Origin: Sphaerodactylus townsendi
Lineage: Eukaryota
NCBI RefSeq assembly: GCF_021028975.2
Contig: NC_059427.1
Span: 52,824,001 to 52,888,000, forward strand
Direction: 5' to 3'
Length of the DNA: 64,000 nucleotides
In this document: piece by piece, positions 13,101 through 25,309 of the stretch
How the letters are laid out: each line of letters begins with the position of its first letter
Position numbering within the stretch: the stretch's first letter is position 1
Position numbers and translations under genes: made by a program
Notes under the pieces: generated by a model
What the model was told of the DNA's origin: nothing
The model's database searches: none
Seen by the model: only the letters and a program-made list of their open reading frames with translations

Positions 13101-16100
13101 GACCACATACTGTTATAAGTTGTATCCATCTTGCCACCAAATTTGTTAGATTGTGCTCATCTACTCCATGGCTTCAACAAACATTCAAATCACAGCACTT
13201 CTAACTAAGTAACTTGCCCAAACACAAAGATCAGAGAGGAGAATTCAGACTGGAATGCAATCTGCTAGACATACAGACTCAAGACACTGGCTCTTACAAA
13301 CTGCCTAAGTAAAAGTTACACTGAGTGCTGACATTCCCATGCTACCTGCTGATGACACCAAGTGAATAAAACTCTTACATCACTCCCAGTAAAGCGGCAG
13401 CGTGGAAGAATGGGCACTGCATCTTCCTTGTACTCATAGGGAACATTGCCAAAGTGCTGATTGGCAAGGTCTACTAGTTCTTTGTGACTAACACCTGGCA
13501 AAGAGAGCAAAAGGAATAAGTAACTCATCTGTACAGTGATTTTCGTTTAAAAAAATAAAATTTTAAAGTTTCTTATAATGTTCCAGGAGCTTCATTAAAA
13601 CATTGTTCTCCAAGAAATCTTTGGTGAAGAACAGTCCAGCATGTTGCATATACTTACAGGAAGGTTCATAGTCTCCTGCCACCCACACATAGTTACTAGT
13701 GGAAATGTATTTACCAAGGCCAATTAGTGTGATGCCACTGCCAATCACAAGCATTCTGTCTGTGCTTCCTACTCTATGATATGGTAACAAATAGAAATGA
13801 GTACCTGCTGGCTCAGTTCTACTCGTTAGCTTGTCCTTTACAAAACTAATAGGTAAGGTATTGTTGAATAGGCAAGGCTTACCTGTGTACATTTCTTAAC
13901 CCACTGACAACATATACAAGGAACAGTGAACCACATTCTTAAGAATAAGAACAGAGGCATAATTGATACCATTATGGAACCTGTGTCCTTTCACTTTTAA
14001 AATTTGACTCTTCCACTTGCAGTGGACTTGATCCTGCTTCAAAAGGTCTCTTTGCCCTATGCTGGGTTCTTCTGCACACTGTGGCTCTCCAGATGTTCAT
14101 GGACTACAATTCTCATCATCCCTGCCACTTGGCCATGCTGGCAAGGGCTGATGGGAATTGTAGTCCATGACCATCTGGAGATCCATAGTATGCAAACCCC
14201 TGTCTGGACCATGGACAGGAAACTTCACAACAACAAGCTGGATCCAAGGAAGATGAAGAGAGTCTGAAGGAAAAGGAGCTCCCCATGTCTTACTCTATAC
14301 CATTAAAACAGTACTAACCTCCAGCAGCTGCCAGGACCATGCGAGGGGCTTTGAAGTGACTTTCAAGGAACTCTACTAACTTTGTACGAGACAAAGTCCT
14401 AAGGAAAATAGGGACAATAATTTCATTTCATTTATTTGATTTATACCCCGCCCTCCACCATAGGGCTCATCTAAATCATCCACAGTATGCAATTTGGATG
14501 AATCTTATTGTTTGGAATGAGGGTCAGTCAGAGGAGAGGCATCTACAGCAGCGTCACTAATGCACCGCTAAATTCTGCCTTTTTCTGTCTAGCCACCACT
14601 TATAGAGCAGACATTTAAATCCAAACTGGAGTTAAGATAATTGACTGCAGAAAAGCCTACACCAATGGTGAAACCAAAGAAAAGAAACAAAGTTATAGTG
14701 CAGAGGGAAAAGAAATTTGATTTCATGAAAGGATACCTAGGGAATCAACCTGGAAATTATTGTTTATGTCAATTTTGTTTGGTATAAACAGCTCAGTGTG
14801 AACATATTTAGCCCAGTTATACAACAAAACCTCAACCACTTCATATCTGGATAAGATAAAGTATTTGTTTGGCTCCTGTAAAATTTTTATCAAGCTCAGT
14901 CTGTATTTTTGTAGAAATAGGCTACTTTGGATTTTGCTTTTAAATTTTCTGTAATACTTATGCTTGATATGGAAAGTTTTGTTTTTACAATCTATTTTGC
15001 ATATCTTGTGCAGATCCCCAGATGAAACTGTGTGAATAACACATAGGGATCCTTGAGTGAAATAAGAGTTCTTTTCCTTCTGCACCATCTTTTCTTCTCT
15101 TTTTTGGTTGAAAGACTGAGCCACACATCAGGCGACTAACTACACACAATATTAGCAATAATTAGTAAATATGCTGCACTTGAACCTAATACAGACATTG
15201 ATTCAAACCCTACTGAATCATGGTCTCAAAGGGACACACAGTTATTTATCACTTTCAACCCATATAACAACATGGTGAGGTTAGAATGTCAGCTAAGAAG
15301 TGGGGCTTGTAGGCACAAATCCCGACTTAGCTGCCAAGTTTACTTGGCGATCTAATGTACTGCTTCAGCATAGCCTGCTTTACCTTACCACTGAGAGAAC
15401 CATGTAGGTGAATCCAGCCTCTCTGGAATCTTACTGGAACATACTAATTACAGCAGAAAAGGGTGCGCTGACATCAATAAAGCCCTGCTCACCTACATTA
15501 CCCTCATGACCTATACTGCAGTCAGCACTCCTTTAACACCATGGTTATGCTTCTGAAAACAGAGGACTAAGCAAACAGTCCCATAAAGAAGAATGGTAAC
15601 ATGAATTCTAATGGGGATGTTTTTATGGGGCTTCTTAACTATGAGTGATATATAAGGAGGTCTCCTCCTGGAAAAACTGTAGCCACCTCCTTTGCCTGCC
15701 CCCAACTCCTATTGAGGCCCCACTTATCAGTCATGGAGATCTATTAGAGATCTCTCACACAGCTGGGCTGATTGTACTGCAGGACTGCTAACCAGCACCC
15801 CCCCACACACAATTTATAAAAAGAAGCTACACTCAGGATGAGAAGTGTTAAAAAGAAACCTTATAGGAGGTATGGCTTGCATTTTATTCTTCATTTAATT
15901 TGAAGCTCTGTAGACATCACTTGATAACGGAACATGAAGTACACTTCACAAGCAGGGAGCATTTATATGGGAGACTTACTTTGCATTCTTTGTTGTACCT
16001 TCAACAGTTCGACTCAAAGCAGTGCCTTGGTAAGCTGTGGCATGAAGGTAGTCAAAGAGAACATCTGACAAACTGCCATCAATTTCTTTCATCTCCTGAA

Positions 16101-19100
16101 GAATGACACTCCGCTCCTTCTCAATCTGAGAATCCTCCAAGCTGCAATTTTGTACTGCATCAGCCAGAAGCTCGACAGCTGAAAGACATATAAAAGTATT
16201 CTCTCTTTGACAAACCGGGGGGGGGGGGGGGGGGGAACGGACAGCAACTTGCAATTTTTTTAGATGAGACGAGTCTAACTTGTGCAGGTTGCAATCTAAA
16301 GTTTTTGTGTGTCCAAGTGACAATGCAGCCAACCTCCTCTTGCCTCTATAGAACAGTAAATAAACCTAATATCACCTCTAGTCTTCACTCTTATATCTCT
16401 ACTGGCTCCATAATTCCTCCCCTGAAATTATTTTTATTTTCCTTCCCCAATTTCAATCTTATGTTAGAGTATTCTGCATGAAGTGAGTAGTGTTGGAGGA
16501 ACATGATTTGAGACAAAGCACCATTTGGGTGGAGGGCAGCACTGTACATGCAGAAGGAATGCAGAGGACTCAAGCCTTTGTCAGCAACTTGTCTAATGCA
16601 ACTGAGATTTCATAGCACAAAAACTACACTTGCCAGCCAGGGATTTTGGCAAACAGGAAAAATGATGAGAAAAGATGACATCTGTGACGAATGCCCATTT
16701 TCGGCATTGTTGGTTTCCAGGGAGAGTCCGCCCTGAAGGGCTGGCGTACAACAGGCCTAATGGAGAAGGCCTTAGCAACAGCCAGGGTAAAAGAAAAAAA
16801 GGTTCCACAAGCAGAGAACCCACCTGATTGGTTGGGAAAGGTCCAATAACATTTGGCCAAAGCTAGGGGGAGCTAGTGTGCTTACAGCACTTGGAGGCAG
16901 TTAACATCAGAGTCTGTGAGAGACCAGTGGAGACTGAAGATCAGTCAGAGCAGAGTCTGGCAGAGAGGAATCTGTCAGTTCTGGAAGAAGGGGATTCGGT
17001 CTCAGCAGAGTTGGCTGACAGAAGTCCAGTCCCCGTCTAAGCTGTGTATGCTTGACAGAGAGAGGAGGCCCTGACTTGGTGCAGATCGAAGCGCCATTCA
17101 GGAGCCTGGCAGTTTAAAAACTGTCCAGACCTATCGAGTCTGCCTTGCCCCTGTATGTATCACCAGAATCACCAGTCTGAGAAAAGCCAGTCCAGAGGCA
17201 GTGAAGCCATATTAGGATTAGTGGGAGAGAGGGAGGCCAAGTGTGCCAGAATCTCCTGGGCTTAGGCGGTGGTTGTTTGGTGTGAATGGTGGGTAGTAGT
17301 GCAGTAAAGACTAGTGTCTGTGTGTGTAAGGGAATTTATTAGTTCAAAGCTAAATCTTTCCTTAAGAGACACCTGTGTGTGTCTGTATGTGTATGAAACT
17401 GAAGTAACATCTTAACTTCTCTGAAACCATCAAGCATTAGTACCTCTCTGAGCCAGTTTTAAAGAAGTTTCTTTTTGCTTTAAAAATAAATTTTTACTTC
17501 TTTTATTCAAATTCCCTCGTGCCTGTGAGAGTCTGTGTGTGTGTGCCTTTAGAGTGGGTGACTGGCTAGAAACCTCCAGCCATTAGGAGTTCCCCCCAAA
17601 ACGGATTAAGGGACTCTGAAGTAATTCCCCCTCAAGTCAGAGTGGGAGAGAGGTGGGAATCTTTAAAGCCTTGGTGGCTAGTAACAGTGTGGGGTTCTCT
17701 AGTTATCTGAACTAAATGGTGGCAGCGAAAAGTTAATTAAAAGGAAGGTTCCTGAAAACAGCTACCAGGAATCCTTTCTACAAGAAGCTTCGATCCGTTA
17801 CAACATCTCTCAGAAAGATGCCAATTCCAGTGTGCTGAAAGAATGGCTGAAACCAGACTACAAAATGCTTGACAAGAAAGCACAATTTTACATTGCATGA
17901 TTAAGCAAAGGGCTTTTCTGCATGGGATTTCCCCATCCGTTCTGCTGCCATGCTGCTTCAGCTTATCGCAATTGCTGCACACATGCCTTTGGTTTTCACT
18001 TTAAATCCCGCCCACCCCCCATGTTTATTCCCAGTTCTTTTGAGATCACAGTCACCCTATTTTTTCTAGCTGATTTTGAGCCTGTTCCCCCCCACATGTA
18101 ATGTTTCTGTTTATCCACCCACTCCCACTTACCTTCAGCCCACTGTTTGATAATCAGACTGCTGTGATCATACTACTCCCTCTTCCCTCCAAACTCTGAA
18201 TATGAGTGATTTTTCTTTCTGTTTAAATAGCACTAAAATATTGATACTGTGAGAGTACTATAATAATAAACTTAGCAGATTCTCTGAATTTCCAGCTTTA
18301 ATTCCTAAAAAGTAAGTCTCTATTCCCTTCTCTTGTGGAGATACAAGGAAAAAGGCATGTCTCTGTGAGGGAAGAACCACAGACTTTAAAAAAAGAGAAA
18401 CCTGGAACTTTAAAGAACCTGCTAAGCCTCTGTTTACAATCCTCTTTAAAAAGGGAATGATGGTGCTGTTGACACCACTGATGACAATAACACCTTCTTG
18501 AAAATCTTCAATATTGAAGGCACGTCAGGAAGTTTATAAGCTGACTCCATAACTGGGAAAATGCAGAGGGAGAGCAGACGTGTGGAAGAACCATGCCCAA
18601 ATCAATGCCAACGCTTGTGGATCAACTCCCAAGAAAATCAGGAATAAGTTGAGGATGGGAAAGCCCACAGGGGTTATATAAACCCTTTTTAGACATCTGA
18701 AAGGAACTGCTTCTTGCCAGCAACATGGTAAACTACTGTCTAGCACTCAGTAGCAGCCTTTTGAAAACATGTGGCAGATGAATCCAAGAACTGGAGCACT
18801 GTTTCCAATACTGGCTTAAACCAAACATAAAACTAATTAACAATTACAGTTTTACCCCATGAAATGGTTGAACATATATGGAAATAAAGCATTCTCATCC
18901 TCCCCAATTCACAATTACCAAGAAACACAGCTCAATGGTGCTACCTTTGGGCAAATCTTTGGACAAAGTTTTCATGAAGAAGGCTGTCTTCTCACGAGAA
19001 GTATAGCTATTAAGATGTGCACCCATGCTCTCCACTTCTTTTTCAAAAGCTGTGCCAGGGCGTTTCTTTGTGCCCTAAAGAGATACCAAAAGGCAGGATA

Positions 19101-20656
19101 TAAACACAATAAAACAGTTCAGATATTTAGCTACAATATTTCCACAAAATCCTGCGACAAATTCGGTGTGTAATTTTAACAATCAATACCCATTAAAATT
19201 AGTCTCCCTAAAGATCTAAAAATCAGTTTGAGTACTTGTCTTGATGCAACCGATCAAAACTATCAGTATGGTTTTATAACACCTCCCCCCACACAAGAAA
19301 ACCCCAAAACTCTTGATTCTCAAATATAATGTGGTCCATCAGAGCAAGGTGGGTTCTGTTTCCATGAAGTGCATACCCTTGAGAGAGGAGCTGCTGACCT
19401 CAGTGGGATGGACCTTGTACCAAAGAAGCATGCTACCCTTTACTGAATGGAGTGGTAGGAATCAACCTCCTTCAGCCTAAAAGCTCTTTGCTGAGGATCT
19501 TTTGAGAAGCTTCTTGTCTTCAAAAGAAGATAGTCTAATTTCTGAAAAAACCAAAAGGTGGAGCTATGCTAGTCTATAGCAGCGAAGACAACAAAGAGTT
19601 TGTGCCACCTTGCAGATGAACAACAGAATGGCATAAACCTTTCATGGGTCAGAGCCCACATTTTCAGCTGTATGGAGTATTAGATTATACAAGTAGATTA
19701 CACGCACCCAAGGTACAAAAGTAGTTTGAAAAATGAAGCCCAAACAGCATGAAATACAACGGCTGAAGCAGATTTATAGAATTTCTACAGAGATCCCAAA
19801 TGTGTTCAAGAATAGAACAGAATGGTTCAATCACAACAGCAGCCACTGGTGGAAATACTGTCTTACTAGCAACACTATGTTAACTTAATACCCTTACTGG
19901 AAAACAAACCCAAATACCCCATTTAAACTGAATAAAATAGAATTAACTTTTCTAATGTGGGCTTAGACTGGAATAACTCTGTTTAGGATTGGGATGTTAA
20001 TTGCTCTGCTCTTACTTCAAATATACAAAATTGTTACAAATCAACTTCTATTCCTTTGTATTTCATAGCTTTTTGACTTCACCCTGGTTACAAACTTCTC
20101 CCTATTCCCATTTATCTGCCAACGGAACTTCATGTATCTGACAAAATAAGTGCTAGTCCATTTAAAAAAGTCTCAATACATGTTCCCCGCACCCCCCAGT
20201 ATTATTTTCTGATCCTGAGACAGTTCACATTGAAGGTCATGGGACCTCCATGGAGCAATAGCTGTGAGTTGGGATGCTGCAGTGGGGGTGGGAAAGGGGG
20301 TGAAAAGACTGTTGGGGTAAGAAAAATTAGAAAAGATCTGTGACTGTCCATATGTTATGCTAGTGGGTTGCTGGCTCCAAATCTAATCCCCCAGTCATGT
20401 TCACAAAGATGGCTAAGCTTTAGACCTGAAGAAGTTCCCAAAGACTGTATTTGCATTTACGCTCAAATGTTCAAGAAATGCAGCAAGGAAAAAGAATTTT
20501 TGTTAAGAAAAAAATAGCTTTGTTAAACTTGTTTCAATCACCACACACACACACAGCTTGCCACCTCACCTTGAATGCCAGATGTTCCACAAAATTGCAA
20601 GCTCCATTGTTCTCTTCATTTTCCCAACGGCTTCCTACATCAAGCCACACCCCTAC
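7091..20656 (-). CDS. UQCRC1: Ubiquinol-cytochrome c reductase core protein 1, exons 3-13 (5'-partial; exons 1-2 not found in window)
   Basis: 11 exons of 87,130,199,80,116,144,161,86,89,76,65 nt with GT-AG sites and consistent phases give 410 aa from [12 protein letters not shown] to [20 protein letters not shown]. Sizes agree with my recollection of human UQCRC1 exons 3-13. Confidence 0.97.
8033..8108 (-). CDS. UQCRC1: UQCRC1 exon 12
   Basis: tag|[25 protein letters not shown]|gtaagt, 76 nt. Confidence 0.96.
8379..8467 (-). CDS. UQCRC1: UQCRC1 exon 11
   Basis: cag|[30 protein letters not shown]|gtatgt, 89 nt. Confidence 0.96.
9571..9656 (-). CDS. UQCRC1: UQCRC1 exon 10
   Basis: cag|[28 protein letters not shown]|gtatgt, 86 nt. 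Confidence 0.96.
9972..10188. mobile_element. Palindromic MITE with TA ends (Tc1/mariner-like)
   Basis: About 100-bp imperfect arms tatactctt...aagagtata, perfect 20-bp inner stem 10052-10071/10089-10108, 17-nt loop. Confidence 0.75.
10306..10599 (+). mobile_element. tRNA-derived SINE (Squam3-like)
   Basis: A box TGGTGTAGTGG, B box GGTTTGATTCCC, CTT-type tail; closely similar to copies at 29123-29420 and 40029-40329. Confidence 0.85.
10800..11341 (+). mobile_element. Penelope-like element 3' fragment
   Basis: Translates [39 protein letters not shown] (GIY-YIG endonuclease C-terminus), followed by a terminal repeat containing CTGAAGATGCCAGCCACAGATGCAGGC. Confidence 0.85.
11481..11641 (-). 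CDS. UQCRC1: UQCRC1 exon 9
   Basis: cag|[54 protein letters not shown]|gtgagt, 161 nt. Confidence 0.96.
12675..12818 (-). CDS. UQCRC1: UQCRC1 exon 8
   Basis: cag|[48 protein letters not shown]|gtaaga, 144 nt. Confidence 0.96.
13379..13494 (-). CDS. UQCRC1: UQCRC1 exon 7
   Basis: cag|[39 protein letters not shown]|gtaaga, 116 nt. Confidence 0.96.
14319..14398 (-). CDS. UQCRC1: UQCRC1 exon 6
   Basis: tag|[26 protein letters not shown]|gttagt, 80 nt. Confidence 0.95.
15980..16178 (-). CDS. UQCRC1: UQCRC1 exon 5
   Basis: cag|[32 protein letters not shown]...VEGTTKNAK|gtaagt, 199 nt. Confidence 0.96.
16683..17802 (+). mobile_element. Solo LTR (1120 bp) in UQCRC1 intron 4
   Basis: TGTGACG...CGTTACA termini, perfect 5-bp TSD ACATC (16678-16682 / 17803-17807), internal AATAAA near 17485. 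Confidence 0.88.
18945..19074 (-). CDS. UQCRC1: UQCRC1 exon 4
   Basis: tag|[43 protein letters not shown]|gtag, 130 nt. Confidence 0.96.
19327..19530 (-). ncRNA. Candidate intronic H/ACA-type RNA in UQCRC1 intron 3 (possible SNORA94 positional homolog)
   Basis: On the minus strand, an 8-bp basal stem GGTCCATC/GATGGACC is followed directly by ACA-TTA, with an internal loop and upper stems (GAGGT/ACCTT, GGGT/ACCC). Further hairpins lie upstream. No canonical ANANNA H box sits next to the stem, and the 5' end is uncertain. Confidence 0.4.
20570..20656 (-). CDS. UQCRC1: UQCRC1 exon 3
   Basis: cag|[29 protein letters not shown]|gtgag, 87 nt. Confidence 0.96.
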
Positions 20657-21523
20657 CTGACATAAATGAAGAGCGATTAGATCAGTTTTAGAGGAAATTA
20701 CATGCCATGAAGACAGTACACTGGAATCAAGAGCTTACACAGTGCTTCTGTTGCAAGAAAAAACGACAACTGCAGCTCTAAGCCCCTATTTTAACATGTG
20801 TTGTGCAATTTACAAAGTCATTTTTCTTAATTTGGACCGAGAGGTGCAAACTATGGGTTGGATCCTGCCTACTTTTCAGATTACGAAAAAGTGACCAAGG
20901 ATGTCCTTCAACCATCAAAAAAAAGTTCAGCTGAGGGTTCATGCCATCTGTATGGATAAGTTGTGGAATGGGGGCTGTAGTAAGGAGGGGAATTGTGGAG
21001 GATTGGCTGAAAAAGTTGGCTGGATCCAACTCTATGGCAATAACTAAGGAAGCAAAATCTGTCTACTTCCACTTATCCAAGGCACACTAGGCAATAGCCC
21101 AGGCTTGAATGTACTCAGTGGCTGTTCTATGCTTCTGGAACAGTGTCTAAGAAGAGTTATTCCAGAGAGCTTTGGGAGCAGCCTGGGCAAAGGGGGAGCA
21201 CTCTGCTGGGGGGTGGGGGCGCAGAAGATGTCTTTAGACTGATTTTTAATGTTGTTATAAGGTTTTTAATGAGTGTAAATTTGTTTTCATATTGCTGTCA
21301 CCCACCTTGGGTCCTGAGATGATGAGAAAACAGGCATCTGAATATACACAATTGTTATTTTTGCTCAATATCTAAGCATCACATGCGCCACTGAATTTCA
21401 ATCGAAACTTGGTTATAATCCAAAACTCAGTTGCAAAGGAATAAATCCTACTGAACCACAAGATCCAAGTTGCCTAGAAAACTTCCATGGCAGAGTGGGG
21501 ATTCAAGCCTGCATCCCCTAGAT

Positions 21524-21671
21524 CAGGGGTAGGGAACCTGCAGCTCTCCAGATGTTCAGGAACTACAATTCCCATCAGCCTCTGTCAGCATGGCCAATTG
21601 GCCATGCTGGTAGGGGCTGATGGGAATTGTAGTTCCTGAACATCTGGAGAGCCGCAGGTTCCCTACCCCTG
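21524..21671. mobile_element. Palindromic hAT (Charlie-like) MITE; related copies at about 386-516, 2095-2235, 14060-14203
   Basis: CAGGGGTAGGGAACCTG...CAGGTTCCCTACCCCTG, near-perfect fold-back, inserted at a CTAGA target. Confidence 0.85.
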
Positions 21672-22158
21672 AGCTAGACTCTTTGGGCACCATGGAGACT
21701 GGACTTGACTTCTGTGTGTGTTTGTTATGGTGTAAGATCAAGAACTAATGGGGGAACAAGGGAGCAGGGGTTATGTGGACAACAGAACATTATGTGAGTA
21801 GAAAGCAGAGACAATAAAGCACTCTAAAACAAGGGAGACTGATGTTTAGGACTGGCTTTAAAATGTGCGCTTTTAAAAGAACAAGGTATCTGACAACACT
21901 TGTATTGATGTGTATGATAGTTGTAATGGTTGATATGGAAATTCACAGTAGTCAGCTGATAAGACGATATAATAGTCATTGCAACATCCCTATTAATGAA
22001 AGCCAAATATCCAGTATATGAGGAGGTTATTAATCCATATTACAAATCTTGAAATGTGAAATACTGATTTCTACTTGGTTAATGACTATGAGAACTGCTG
22101 CAATGTTGTTAAACATTAAGCTAATAAACAGATTGTCAATGTTTTTATGGGTAACAAT

Positions 22159-22896
22159 GGCCAATTCTGCACAGGACAAATATAGCGGGTGTAGGGCAAA
22201 ATACAAAATGTGTGTGTGTTTTTTTTTGGGGGGGGGGGGGATTTCGCACAGGTCCCGTTTCCAAAATGAGTCTGCCCTGTTTTATTTCCCTCAACCCAGG
22301 TTTTTCAAAAATTGCTAAACCAGGTATCCTCTTGCAAAATCCTGGGTTGGAGTCATTGCTGCATGATCAGCCAAGCAGGAGGCGCTTTATTTCCTTCCCT
22401 TCCACCGCACTGTCCACCATCAGGGAGAATCTGCCTGCCTGCCATTCTGTGCAGGTCACCCAGCAGGTGGTGGGCAGATTCTCTGAGGGCCCCAAAGAGT
22501 ACAAAGTCCCCTACGTTTTTTCCCCATGGCAGCAAGTATGACCGATGCACAGCAACGCATTCATTATTGCCCTGCCATTGCTGGGAGGTCCCTTTTTCTT
22601 AAAAACATTTTTTTTGTGTGTGTTGAACATGCACAGCTACACAAGCGCAGCTGATCGTATTGTGAAATGATTGGCATGGCTGCAGGGGTTCATTTCTGTA
22701 TGCCTGTGCAACTACACATGTGTTGTAGGAAATTTTAAAGAGAGAAGCATGTCCCTGCAAAAGCACGAAAGCAACCCGGATTGTTTCCATGGGCTCCAAT
22801 CGCTGCCTGCACGGCATGCAAGTGAACAGGAAAAAGGAAAATGGATTCCTTTGTAATGACTGCAACCTGTTATACATTTGCTGTGCAAAATCCACC
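22159..22896. mobile_element. Non-autonomous DNA transposon (PIF/Harbinger-like); partial inverted copy at 43548-44000
   Basis: TIR-like ends ggccaattctgcacagg / ctgtgcaaaatccacc; long similarity to the reverse complement of 43548-44000. Confidence 0.65.
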
Positions 22897-22912
22897 AATA
22901 TCTCAGTAGGTA

Positions 22913-24336
22913 GCACATATGAAAACTGTAGACTCACATCCACCTAAATTAAATACATGATCCCTCCCGATTTTATTATACGCAGATGATGCTGTGCTAT
23001 TATCGAGAACTCCGGTTGGGATGTGGAGGGCATTAGCTGCATTCTCAACTTACAGTGAAAAAGAAGATCTGACCATTAACATAAATAAAACAAAAGTAAT
23101 GGCATGTGGAAAGTGCTTTCCCAAAAGATCATGGTCAATAAATGGAAACAGACTAGAACAAGTTGACAAATTTAAGTATCTAAGTGTCATGGTTCAAGCT
23201 TCAGGGAGCCATGTTACTCACTGTAACATGATAACTGAACGTGTAGAAAAGACAATATATGCAGTGCTGAAGTTCTTCCGTACTAAAGGGGGTTTCTATA
23301 TACCAGCAGCACTAAAATTATATCAAGCCAAAATATTCACACAACTTCTATATGGTGTCCACTTGGGGATTGCACAATTGAGTATGATACAGCTAGAAAG
23401 GCTACAGTCCAAATTTTTAAGAGCAATCCTTCAACTTCCTCCAGGAGTCCCAAATACTTTTATTTGGCTTGAAATATGAGTTAAGGGACTGAAAGATTAG
23501 ATAATAACAATGGCATATAAATGAATAAAGTTACACACTGATTCAAATGGTCTCTGGTCTTTTCTAGCGAAAGATTCTTATAAATCTAGGTGGGCTCAAG
23601 ATATGGAGAGATGTCTTAATAAATATGGCCTTCCATATAACATCCATATGATCACAAATTGGGATCATTTAAAAAGTGAACTTACCCAACGAATCAAAGA
23701 TGTAATCACGACAGTCTGATCTGGCAAGATATTCAGATATTCCACTCTACTCTACACAGAAATATATCATTGCCCCTGCTCCTTACTTAACTTACCTGGA
23801 TAAAAAAGATCTAAGGAGAGCTTTTACTCTTGCAAGAAGTGCACATTTACCTTCTGCTGTCTTAGAAGGGAAATATCAAAAGATACCTTATGCTGCAAGG
23901 TTATGTTCTTGCTCTCTGAATTCTATAGAAACTATAGAACATATGTTATTAAATTGTCCCCTTTATAAGGAGGCAAGGGGAAAATGCCTGTCACATCTGT
24001 TACATAAGATGACATATTGTTCTGATAAAGTTTGTTGTGAAAAACTATTACAAGATAAGGAGAATATTACTAAACGGGTAGCAAAATTCTGTTTATACAT
24101 TATGAAAAAGAAAAAATTATCTGAATATGGCATCCCCCTAAGCTACTTTTGGTTTTTGGCTGTTTAGTATTTTTGTGCTGTTTGGTATGTTTACAGTGTA
24201 TAATGATATATAGATGGATAGTGCTGGAGTACTGGAGAGAGATCTGCGTTTCTTGTTGTGTTGTAGATATTTTTTGCTAAATTGGAGATTTGAAATATAT
24301 TTGGTCATTGACCGTAAATAAAGTATTTTATTCTAT
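22913..24336 (+). mobile_element. 5'-truncated non-LTR retrotransposon, RTE-X-like
   Basis: DSHPPKLN..ILLYADDAVLLSRT RT motif, ININKTKVM, C-terminal RLCSC..ETIEHMLLNCPLY, AATAAA plus (TATTC) tail, 10-bp TSD TCAGTAGGTA (22903-22912 / 24337-24346); internal stop codons. Confidence 0.85.
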
Positions 24337-25296
24337 TCAGTAGGTATAAAATAGGTTTCTGGGAAATGATAGCTGAAAGACCCAATTTCCAGTCATTTGA
24401 ATAGAACTACTGAGTTAACTAAATTAAGCTTGAAAATAAAATGACACCAGCAGAAGCCATGAATGGAGATAATGTGTGAACAAATATAGACTACAGAAAT
24501 ACAGCAAAAGAAGTAAGGGAGGAGAGAAAAGAGGAGGAAAGAATGAGGCAAGGTTTACAGAGCACCAAGTTCATCTCTATTATAGCTAATTTTATTGTTT
24601 AATGAGAGGGGTTGTGTTTTTGTTGCTTAAGTGGCAACTCAGCCTTGAATGTGGAGTACAAGCAGATAAGGAAAGGGATGGCTCCGTGGGCAGGCAAGCA
24701 GTAGCCACCATAGGGTAGTATAGACAGCAGATATGAGAGAACAAAACACAAAATTATTGGGCTGGTCTTATCAAGAGATAAGTAGAGAGGTATTTGCTTT
24801 ATGCAGTCTCACTGGGCAGACCCTCCCTTAGAAACATGCTTCCTGTTACAAAAGATAAGCTAAATGACAAATAAGAAAAGTGTACACAAACCTTTTAAAT
24901 TGGCATAATTTATTATGTAGTTTTGCTCATCTTGAACCAGAGCATACTGCGTTGTGGCCATACGTCTTTTTCTTCCCTTGTTAGAACTTCCTAACTGTAA
25001 TTTGTTTTATTGAACATTGTGTTAACTCAATGGAAAACAAGCTAATGCCTGCAGAAGCTTGCGGCTCTGTTTCATTATCTTGTATTCTAATAGTGAAGTC
25101 AGCCAAATCTTAGGATACTTAAATCCGGTGACTAGAGCTATGAATGAACACAACAGATCTTTCTACAAATTTGAAACATGCCCCAGATTTGCAGAAAAAT
25201 CTAAAATCTAAATAAAATAAAAATGCATTTTAAAAAAACCCTCCAGAATAGTAAAGGAATACCTGTAGCTTTAACAAAAGGATTATCTCAGTGGCT

Positions 25297-25309
25297 GTTG
25301 CTAGGCAAC
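25297..25309. promoter_or_regulatory. RFX X-box motif
   Basis: GTTGCTAGGCAAC in non-repetitive sequence. Confidence 0.45.

Noticed and set aside
17717-17728. TGGTGGCAGCG as primer binding site of a full-length LTR element
   Set aside because: Lies inside the TSD-delimited solo LTR; no internal gag/pol follows
7091-20656. PMPCB (MPP-beta) instead of UQCRC1
   Set aside because: Lacks the HxxEH first His; exon sizes and SLC26A6 linkage fit UQCRC1
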